From Chthoniobacteraceae bacterium (lineage in GTDB: Bacteria > Verrucomicrobiota > Verrucomicrobiia > Chthoniobacterales > Chthoniobacteraceae): 42,400 nucleotides of DNA. This document shows, one piece after another, positions 34,445 through 41,107 of this stretch (position 1 is its first letter; each line of letters opens with the position of its first letter). The translations under genes and the position numbers were made by a program. The stretch spans positions 1 through 42,400 of the forward strand of contig JBILKY010000001.1 in assembly GCA_044376395.1 (NCBI GenBank). Direction: 5' to 3'. Under the pieces are notes generated by a model, which was not told the DNA's origin, did not search any database, and worked only from the letters and a program-made list of their open reading frames with translations.

Positions 34445-35305
34445 TTGCTCGATCACCCTCCACGGGTGCGGTGGCGGGAGGCAGTGGCGGAGTACCACGC
34501 CGCGTTGCGCATTGGGGACAATCAAGCAGTGAAGGAAAACTTGGCATTGACCGAGCGATTGATTTCCCAGGAGAGCAGCGAGGGCGCGGCGAAGGCGAAA
34601 AGCGAGTTGTTCGAGGCGCTCAACGCGCAGGGCAGGCGGTACGAGGCGATGTCGTTTGGGAGGGGGATGGAGGATTTTTGGAACGACCGGAGGAGAGACT
34701 TGGATGCAATACCCGAGCTGGTAACGCGATTGGAAGCAAAGCTGCTACCGGTTCCAGGGACGAATATTTTGCTCAGCAAAACTGAGTTTACGGTGGGAGA
34801 ATGGAGGCTTTATCTGCGCGCAGAGGGATTGCCCGACTGGACGCAGCCCGTCAATAGCTTTAAGCAGGACGACGAGCACCCTGTGGGGCTTGTCAGTTGG
34901 AACCGGGTGAAAGAGTTTTGCGAGTGGTTGAGTGGAAAAACAGGGAAAGAGTGGCGTTTGCCAACAAATGCGGAGTGGGAGGCGGCTGTGGGCGCAACAA
35001 AGTATCCATGGGGAGATGATTATCCGCCGCAGTGGGATGATGGGAATTACGCGATTGGAAGTAATGGGAAGCGCGATCCAAATAGAGTGGGAGTGGATGG
35101 GGTATTTGGAACGGCGCCTGTTGCATCGTTTAAAGCGAACACGCTGGGGTTTTACGATCTTGGAGGAAATATGTCCGAATGGATGTGGGACGGGCTGGGT
35201 GACAAGACTGGCAGACGGCCGGTCCCGGGCGGGGGCTGGACCTACTACGCGGAGAACTGCGCGGTTGCCTTCCGCTACTACGACTCCCCGGAGGTGTCTT
35301 TTTAA
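34445..35305 (+). CDS. SUMF1/formylglycine-generating-enzyme-family domain protein, probably the 3' part of a disrupted gene
   Basis: HPVGLVSWNRVKEFCEWLS, WRLPTNAEWEAA and YDLGGNMSEWMWD are FGE-sulfatase domain hallmarks. There is no ATG near the ORF start (TTG 34445). The ORF is in the same frame as the FHA fragment, separated from it by two stops. Confidence 0.6.
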   Translation: MLDHPPRVRWREAVAEYHAALRIGDNQAVKENLALTERLISQESSEGAAKAKSELFEALNAQGRRYEAMSFGRGMEDFWNDRRRDLDAIPELVTRLEAKLLPVPGTNILLSKTEFTVGEWRLYLRAEGLPDWTQPVNSFKQDDEHPVGLVSWNRVKEFCEWLSGKTGKEWRLPTNAEWEAAVGATKYPWGDDYPPQWDDGNYAIGSNGKRDPNRVGVDGVFGTAPVASFKANTLGFYDLGGNMSEWMWDGLGDKTGRRPVPGGGWTYYAENCAVAFRYYDSPEVSF

Positions 35306-35345
35306 GTACCTCCGAACTGCGAACCCGGCTTCAGCAGTCGGCTTC

Positions 35346-35644
35346 ATGAAATCCGTTTTCGTCCTATCGAATGCAGCGGATGACCTAGAGCTTGGAAAAG
35401 CCTTCTATGAGTCTCAGGGAATCGAATCGGGGACTACTTTGTAGACTCGCTCCTTTCGGATATTGAACGCCTACGGTTGTTTCATGGCATTCACAAAATG
35501 GATTTTGGATTTTACAGAATGCTGTCCCATCGGTTCCCTATCGGAATTTATTACGATTTAACCGAAACAGTGGTAGAGGTGTATGCTGTATCGGATCTGC
35601 GCAAAGATCCCTTCTGGATTCGCGCTGAGCTCTTGTCCCGCTAA
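35346..35644 (+). pseudogene. RelE/ParE-family toxin gene with a frameshift; no cognate antitoxin gene adjacent
   Basis: The frame from ATG 35346 gives MKSVFVLSNAADDLELGKAFYESQGIES, then stops at 35442-35444. The adjacent frame continues GDYFVDSLLSDIERLRLFHGIHKMDFGFYRMLSHRFPIGIYYDLTETVVEVYAVSDLRKDPFWIRAELLSR to TAA 35642-35644. Joined together they match ParE/RelE architecture. The switch falls at a GGGG run (35429-35432). Confidence 0.65.
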
Positions 35645-35755
35645 CCTCCGAAGAAACACGGCTTCGGAAACTATTGAGTCAGCGATCCCGCTGTCGCGAA
35701 CAGCAGGGTGATACCCGCCTTCTGTTCGATGTTGTCTAGGCATGGCGGGGGCGCG

Positions 35756-35807
35756 CCGTCAGCGTGAAAGGCCGAGCCAAAGTATCCAAACGGCGTGGTG
35801 ATCGGGC
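35756..35807 (-). repeat. 52-nt near-identical copy of an internal segment of the 36036-37712 gene (gene relic)
   Basis: 35756-35807 matches 36973-37024 with 2 mismatches. It encodes PITTPFGYFGSAFHADG versus PITTPFGYFGSTFHADG in the intact gene. The flanking sequence is unrelated. Confidence 0.8.
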
Positions 35808-36035
35808 GGTTAGAACCCCTGTTCGGGATTTCCCCCGAATGTCGCGTGTCTGAAGTCGCGTGTCTGCAGATGAGGCTCAATGGGCGGGTGGCGATCGGAG
35901 TGTGATCCTGCAACGCAGGTCCTCAGAATGCTTATGGTTCCTGGAAACTCCGAGTTCACGCAACCAAATGCCGGTTTTTGGGCGGCTGGGGCAACCCCGT
36001 TTTCTTGCATCTTTCAGGCACCGGCTTCATTCCAT

Positions 36036-37712
36036 TCACTTGAACGGAACCGCATCGGCTGTAAAAAAAATGCCGGTCTCGTTTTTGGTTTCGATTCTAA
36101 GCAGACCGGCCTTGGACACGTTTGGGATCTTGATGCGGCCTTTGCCGGGACGGACTTCACCCAGATCAAATTTCTTTTCCCAGCGGTCCGCGAAGCTCAA
36201 GGCGTCTGTTTGCCCGTAGTACGCGCTCAGATGCGCCGGCTTTTTGCTGACGCTTTCTAGCTCGATATCAATGATCAAAGAGCCTGTCTGGATTGCCGCG
36301 CCAACCACCCTGAGGGACGTTGGAGTTTCGTCTAGAACCTTGACCTTCTCAGGGCTCAGATATGCCGGTAGGGAACTGAATTTTGGGATCTGCACGTCGA
36401 CGCCCTTCGGATACCGGAAATGGACTAGCCCTCCGATGGACATCCTGAACCAGTTGTCTGCGGAACTGCGCCACAGGCAGTTGGTCTGGTCCCGCGCCGC
36501 ATCCGCCTTGGCGCCGATCATGGTGTCCAGTTGGTGCCAGATGCCTTTGGCGTCGCGGCACCAGCCGCGGAAGTCCGCCGTGCGCGGGATGTGTCCCGAA
36601 CGCTCAATATGTGGGGGGCCGGGCACTTCTACAAAGCATCCCGGCAGCAGATTCTGGGCGCTCTTTTGCGCCGACCATTTTCGTCCGGATGCAAAAAGGC
36701 ACCAACGCGCGAGCGTCTGGTCGTAGTAGTAACCCGTGTAGGTGTCATACGGTTTGCCCGGGTCAAGCCGCAGCGCGAGTGCTCCACTGGCTACTTTGAG
36801 GCCTTCGTACGGATTCCAGCCCCTGAGTTTCACCCCGGTTCCCTCATGGTTAAACCCGCCGAAACTTGCCTGTGGACTTCCAACTGACAAAAGGTGCGAC
36901 AACTCAGAAAGCGGCGGTTCCGCTTTTCCCGCCTCAAACGACCACATTGAAAAATTAATCCCGCCAGACGAACCGTCAGCATGAAAGGTCGAGCCAAAGT
37001 ATCCAAACGGCGTGGTGATCGGGCTGTAAAAGTCCTTTTCGATCTGATGCGGTCGGACCTCCATGATCCAAAGCCTGCTTTGTTCCTTGCCGAGATTGGA
37101 GGCGGTGAACGAGCTGTGGATGGCGGCAGGTCGCCAGCGCGCGCGCAGCAGTTTCGCATCCTTCAAGGCTGGTCCCTCCAGCTCCACTCCTTCAATGGTC
37201 CCTGAGAAAGTCTTCGCGCTCATGCTCAGTTCAACCTGTCCTTTCGGGTATCGCTCGAACTTGAAGTGCACTTCACTTCCCTTGATAGTCACCGCTGCCT
37301 CCGCGCCCCCGAGTTTGATTGAAAGATCGCCGCGACCTTTGGTGATGACCCTTCCGCGCAGCTCACCTTCCGAGGCGAGGAATAACGGCCAAACTACCCG
37401 ATGGGCAGGGTCGTTCAGCCCTTCGATTGATGAGTACGCAAAGCCCCCGTTAAGCGTCATCGGGTCCGTTTCGGGGGACTTGGTCTGGCCCGAGAGAATC
37501 AGCTTTTTTGAATCGCCGTAAAAAAAGCAGTGCTCCGGGAGAAGCCGGACCCGCTCGTTGGTGATGCGTTGTGCGAGAAAAACATGTTCCACCCCTTGGG
37601 TTTCCCCCGTTTTTTCGACTGCAACCGGTTCGAGTTCGCCGAGGCACTCTGTGGCAATCATTCCCACGCATAAAAGCAAAGGGACGTTGAGGGGGCTGGG
37701 GAGGGGGCGCAT
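36036..37712 (-). CDS. Secreted hypothetical protein (558 aa from ATG 37712; 581 aa from the track start 37781)
   Basis: A long clean ORF. MRPLPSPLNVPLLLCVGMIATECLG looks like a signal peptide. I cannot assign a family confidently by eye. Confidence 0.7.
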   Translation of the reverse strand: MRPLPSPLNVPLLLCVGMIATECLGELEPVAVEKTGETQGVEHVFLAQRITNERVRLLPEHCFFYGDSKKLILSGQTKSPETDPMTLNGGFAYSSIEGLNDPAHRVVWPLFLASEGELRGRVITKGRGDLSIKLGGAEAAVTIKGSEVHFKFERYPKGQVELSMSAKTFSGTIEGVELEGPALKDAKLLRARWRPAAIHSSFTASNLGKEQSRLWIMEVRPHQIEKDFYSPITTPFGYFGSTFHADGSSGGINFSMWSFEAGKAEPPLSELSHLLSVGSPQASFGGFNHEGTGVKLRGWNPYEGLKVASGALALRLDPGKPYDTYTGYYYDQTLARWCLFASGRKWSAQKSAQNLLPGCFVEVPGPPHIERSGHIPRTADFRGWCRDAKGIWHQLDTMIGAKADAARDQTNCLWRSSADNWFRMSIGGLVHFRYPKGVDVQIPKFSSLPAYLSPEKVKVLDETPTSLRVVGAAIQTGSLIIDIELESVSKKPAHLSAYYGQTDALSFADRWEKKFDLGEVRPGKGRIKIPNVSKAGLLRIETKNETGIFFTADAVPFK

Positions 37713-37808
37713 GGGTCGACATGATTCAAAAAAGCGCTGCAAGGCAATGCTTGATTCAATCCGGGAGGGCGCGTTTTCCAACTTTCAACGGACGTTGCTT
37801 CATGTCTA

Positions 37809-37873
37809 TGCATCAATCTGATTGCAAAATGCTTTCAATCGGATCGCTGAATGTGAGCCACCATGCCCACCGC
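37809..37873 (+). repeat. Family-2 motif, copy E1, in a divergent intergenic region
   Basis: TGCATCAATCTGATTGCAAAATGCTTTCAATCGGATCGCTGAATG... aligns with 40324-40389. Perfect blocks are TGCATCAAT, TGATTGCAA and GGATCGCTGAATG. It lies between the 36036-37712 gene (-) and vapBC (+). Confidence 0.7.
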
Positions 37874-37991
37874 GCCGGACAACCACGACCGATGTCTACA
37901 ATCACGCCGAGCGCATCCGATCGCGGTTGCCTCGTCGGCTTAAGGAGCAGAGGGAAGATTTCCTGCTTGGTCTTGACCTCTTCGAGTCATG

Positions 37992-38006
37992 GTGGGATTA
38001 TCCCAC
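37992..38006. promoter_or_regulatory. Perfect palindrome directly upstream of the vapB start; candidate antitoxin operator
   Basis: GTGGGAT-T-ATCCCAC has 7-nt arms and a 1-nt centre. It ends 2 nt before ATG 38008. Confidence 0.4.
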
Positions 38007-38007
38007 T

Positions 38008-38235
38008 ATGATCGTCACCCTCGATTCCAAGCGCCGTCTGACGGTTCCGCTCGCTCTGGCGCCGGCTGCGCCGGGCGATTACTTCGACGCGCAGTTTGAT
38101 CCCGAGGAAGACACGCTTGTCTTTCGACGGATCGCGACGAACTCCGACTGGCTCGCCGTGCTCAAGGAATGCCCCGTTAGCATGGACGACGTTCCGCCGC
38201 GCCGGCGGGAACTTCCCCGCCGCCGCAAGCTGTGA
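38008..38235 (+). CDS. vapB: AbrB/SpoVT-type antitoxin (VapB-like)
   Basis: MIVTLDSKRRLTVPLALAPAAPGDYFDAQF... fits the swapped-hairpin AbrB-type start. 75 aa. It overlaps the PIN gene by 4 nt (GTGA). The track ORF extends upstream to TTG 37822, which I consider noncoding. Confidence 0.7.
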   Translation: MIVTLDSKRRLTVPLALAPAAPGDYFDAQFDPEEDTLVFRRIATNSDWLAVLKECPVSMDDVPPRRRELPRRRKL

Positions 38236-38762
38236 GTTGGCTGCTCGACACCGACGTGCTTTGCCAACCGGCGAAGCGGAATGGCGACCCTCGCGTGGTC
38301 GCATGGTTGGAGCGCGAACAGGATCGCTGCTACACCAGCGCCATCGTCATCTCCCAACTGGCCTACTGGGTGCGCAGCAAGGAGGGTCGGAAGCGAAAGT
38401 CGCTGCAAGCCTGGCTGACCAAGCTTATCGAAGCCATGCATGGACGCATCCACGGTTTCAACGTTTCCGTGGCGCACGTGTGGGCTGAGCAGGAACACCT
38501 GCTGGAGAAAGCCGGCCAACGAATGCCCGTGGAGGACGGCTACATCGCAGCCACCGCACGACGGCACGGACTAACGATAGTGACCGGCAACGACAAAGAC
38601 TTTCGTCGCCCCGGCTTGAAGGTGTTCAACCCATTCAAGGAAACGGAGCCCGCGGTGTCACCGGCTGCGTCCGCGAAAGAACGCTGTGCTTCCAAGGAGT
38701 CAGGCTACGCCAAAACGCGGTCTGCGCCTGCGGAGTCGTATGTGCCACGAAACGCGCCTTGA
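38232..38762 (+). CDS. vapC: PIN-domain ribonuclease toxin (VapC/FitB-like) with a C-terminal extension
   Basis: WLLDTDVL (first acidic residue), ...SAIVISQLAYW..., and DGYIAATARRHGLTIVTGNDKDF (the conserved D...T.N..DF end of PIN toxins). About 40 extra low-complexity residues follow. Confidence 0.8.
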   Translation: MSWLLDTDVLCQPAKRNGDPRVVAWLEREQDRCYTSAIVISQLAYWVRSKEGRKRKSLQAWLTKLIEAMHGRIHGFNVSVAHVWAEQEHLLEKAGQRMPVEDGYIAATARRHGLTIVTGNDKDFRRPGLKVFNPFKETEPAVSPAASAKERCASKESGYAKTRSAPAESYVPRNAP

Positions 38763-39042
38763 GTGTGGCGGCTTCAGTTTCGACGGCGGACGGAGATGTC
38801 GCGTGGGTTACACGCAAATTACTTAGCCTCTGTTTTGTGCACCACCGTAAGAGGTGGCCTTGAGAAGAAGATACCGCGCTGCAACTCGCAGTAAAATGGG
38901 TGTCCAATCACCATGATCACCAGTGGATGCTGCAAATCCGGAACCATCGGGGGCGCTCCATAATAACAGAGCAAATCGGTCTAGCGCCGATCTTGCTTAA
39001 GAGCATGGAACAGGGAGGCCAGTAAAGGGAAATTGCACCTGC

Positions 39043-39186
39043 TTATTTCCTACGACTGGCTGCGATCGCGAGGGCTCTCTTGCGCAATTCCTCCAACAGC
39101 CGTAGCTTTTCAGCTATCGGGCGTTTTGCCAACTGGGCCCTATAGGCCTGTTTGCTCTTGATGATCTGGGTGATTTCCAAGGTCAT
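39043..39186 (-). CDS. Unlisted 47-aa helical ORF translationally coupled to the NTase gene
   Basis: My translation is MTLEITQIIKSKQAYRAQLAKRPIAEKLRLLEELRKRALAIAASRRK. Its ATG overlaps the NTase TGA (ATGA at 39183-39186). It is below the ORF-track size cutoff. Confidence 0.45.
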   Translation of the reverse strand: MTLEITQIIKSKQAYRAQLAKRPIAEKLRLLEELRKRALAIAASRRK

Positions 39187-39704
39187 GGCTCAAGAAATTG
39201 TTGCTCAAATTTTCTCCAACTGACATCGAGTGCGTGCCGTTCAAGGATGCTCTGAAATCGCTCCGAAGAGAGCGCACCTGACTCGATGAATTGTAGCAGT
39301 CGCGCTTTGTCTTTTGCGCGGCCAGTTTGCAAGGCTATGGCCGCTAGATGTTCAGCTGTAAAAACCCTCGTATTTATTTCCTCAACCTCGACCTCCACTG
39401 CTTCTTTAAGCGCTTCCTCCACCAGCGGTCCGGTGGGCGGAAGAAATTGCACAGGCCAATCCGCGATGATCAAATACTCGCCTTCAACTCGCGCCCCACG
39501 CCCTGTGAGATATTCGAACACACGCTCCGGGCTGATTAGTAAGCTCCCCGGCTGAGCCTGGAATGAAATAAAAATGTCCACGTCCAAGGTGGCGACCGGT
39601 TCGAGGTAGAAGGTCGCGCCGACGGCACCCCCAATGGCGTAACGGTCGACAATTCCGTCTGCCTCCATTGCGTTTATCTGCAAGAGTACCGTTTTCAAAT
39701 TCAT
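39183..39704 (-). CDS. Pol-beta-superfamily nucleotidyltransferase-fold protein (family uncertain)
   Basis: AIGGAVGATFYLEPVATLDVDIFISF fits G[GS]-x(10-15)-DxD of minimal nucleotidyltransferases. 173 aa. It has ATGA overlaps with both neighbouring ORFs. Confidence 0.65.
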   Translation of the reverse strand: MNLKTVLLQINAMEADGIVDRYAIGGAVGATFYLEPVATLDVDIFISFQAQPGSLLISPERVFEYLTGRGARVEGEYLIIADWPVQFLPPTGPLVEEALKEAVEVEVEEINTRVFTAEHLAAIALQTGRAKDKARLLQFIESGALSSERFQSILERHALDVSWRKFEQQFLEP

Positions 39705-40030
39705 CCGAAGCTACAGCTTAGTCTGATTTCGGGGGCATTGCAAAGTATGCTGCGCTGATCTTTGACGCCGGCCGCTACTTTCAAAGGCTGAACAAGTTCG
39801 ACCCGAGGTTTCTTTCCAAGCTTCCGGAGCGCAGTGAAAATACCGGCCTCCTCCCAAAATCTGAGGCCGTGTTCTTTCGCTTCCAGATCGAAGATACCGA
39901 ACTTCTCACATAGTGCGGTCGTTAGAATGATAGAAAATGCTTTGGTCTCCGTTTCCCAAGCCCGCGCGCGCAGTATCGTCGCGGGGCGTGTTAAAGGGAG
40001 AATTGCTTCTCGGGACAAAAAGGGGAGCAC
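39701..40030 (-). CDS. Hypothetical 109-aa ORF upstream of the NTase; its 5' end is built from repeat copy D
   Basis: ATGA overlap with the NTase start. Codons 12-28 (LPLTRPATILRARAWET) are encoded by the reverse complement of family-1 repeat D. The true start may therefore be internal, or the gene may be chimeric or truncated. Confidence 0.4.
   Translation of the reverse strand: MLPFLSREAILPLTRPATILRARAWETETKAFSIILTTALCEKFGIFDLEAKEHGLRFWEEAGIFTALRKLGKKPRVELVQPLKVAAGVKDQRSILCNAPEIRLSCSFG
39947..39995 (+). repeat. Family-1 repeat, copy D (diverged core)
   Basis: CTCCGTTTCCCAAGCCCGCGCGCGCAGTATCGTCGCGGGGCGTGTTAAA matches 28294-28342 at 41 of 49 positions by my count. Confidence 0.75.
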
Positions 40031-40323
40031 CGTGGCCCCTATCTTAGTTGCCCTCTCGCGCCATTCAGATTGCCCTAACCGTTACTTGTTTTGAGTTTAA
40101 GCGTAACTCTAAAACCATGCCCCGCCCGCCTACCATGACTGATCATACACTTCCTCTTCATCGTGTTGTCACAGTTGCCTAGGTTCTGCTCAGTCTGATG
40201 GTACTAGCGGTACTCTTGGGTGTTTGTCTAAGCGGAGAATGGAGTGGTTAAGGCGAGTCCAGAGCGCACGCTGATGGCGGCAATAGGTGTTCTGGCTTGT
40301 GCGGGGTTGGAATCTATAAATTT

Positions 40324-40389
40324 TGCATCAATGTGATTGCAAGATACTTGCGCTGGGATCGCTGAATGGGACGGGCGCATGCCTGCCGC
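40324..40389 (+). repeat. Family-2 motif, copy E2, in a divergent intergenic region
   Basis: TGCATCAATGTGATTGCAAGATACTTGCGCTGGGATCGCTGAATG... aligns with E1 in the same orientation. It lies between the NTase operon (-) and the ECF sigma gene (+). Confidence 0.7.
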
Positions 40390-40543
40390 TGAAACTGGCC
40401 AGCGGCGGGTTCGCCGGACAGGGTTTGTCTGCGCCCGTGCATCCTTCTGGCAGGGCGTGGCGAATCCTGCGGGCTTTTTTGCGGATATTTTTGTGAGATC
40501 TGCGCCTTTAGCGGCACATGATTGGCAACAAACCACCCCCCTC

Positions 40544-41107
40544 ATGAGTGCCGATGAAACCGAACTAGCGCGACTACTCGAACGCATTCAGCGGGGTGAA
40601 ACCGACTTGTATTTGCAGGTAGTGAGACGGCATGAACTTCCTTTGCGCAGCTACATCGCGGGCCAGCTCTACAACGTCGCCGACGCCGATGACATCGCCC
40701 AGGACGTATTTATCACGGCATGGCGAAGCCTCGACACGTTCCGCATCGGCGAGGACTTTGGCGCGTGGCTGCGCGGCATTGCGAGGAACCGCCTGCTTAC
40801 CCACTTTCGGAGCCTCCAGCGCCGGGCCAGCGCAGTAGAAAAATTCCAGGCGGAAGTTGTTCGTATCGCCGAGCACGATCTCGAGGCTGCGGCCCGTGCG
40901 AGCTATGGCTCTCACCTCGAGAAGCTGCTGCACTGCATTTCAAAACTGCCCGAGAAACTCCGGCGTGTCGTGCACGCGGGGCTCGATGGCGCGCGTCCCG
41001 CCGCCATGGCGGATGAACTCCAAACCACCGTTCCGGCAATTTACCAACTGCACTACCGAGCCAATCAACTGCTGCGCGACTGCATGACGAAGGAGGCCCA
41101 ATCATGA
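40544..41107 (+). CDS. ECF (group IV) RNA polymerase sigma factor
   Basis: Region 2: DADDIAQDVFITAWRSLDTFRIGEDFGAWLRGIARNRLLTHFR. Region 4: LPEKLRRVV...MADELQTTVPAIYQLHYRANQLLRDCM. ATG 40544 is preferred over the track's TTG 40337. Confidence 0.85.
   Translation: MSADETELARLLERIQRGETDLYLQVVRRHELPLRSYIAGQLYNVADADDIAQDVFITAWRSLDTFRIGEDFGAWLRGIARNRLLTHFRSLQRRASAVEKFQAEVVRIAEHDLEAAARASYGSHLEKLLHCISKLPEKLRRVVHAGLDGARPAAMADELQTTVPAIYQLHYRANQLLRDCMTKEAQS

Noticed and set aside
37822-38007. In-frame upstream extensions of vapB (from TTG 37822) and of the ECF sigma gene (from TTG 40337 to 40543). Both begin inside the family-2 motif (MQNAFNRIAE... and MQDTCAGIAE...).
   Set aside because: Differences between the two motif copies fall mainly on codon positions 1 and 2, and there is an indel. 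The extensions are not typical of these protein families. Good ATG starts (38008 and 40544) give canonical N-termini.
38871-38890. GATACCGCGC followed by TGCAACTCGC. These are two 10-mers that occur, one of them inverted, in the family-1 core.
   Set aside because: It is too short and too rearranged to call a repeat copy. It could be a decayed relic or chance in GC-rich DNA.
40234-40320. A tRNA-like string GGAGTGGTTAAGGCGAGTCC resembling a class II (Ser) tRNA D-arm, which could mark an island attachment site.
   Set aside because: I could not fold a cloverleaf. There is no complementary acceptor stem, and the GGGGTTGGAATCT stretch has no matching T-stem 3' strand. It may be chance or a very decayed remnant. 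A tRNAscan-SE or ARAGORN run would settle it.
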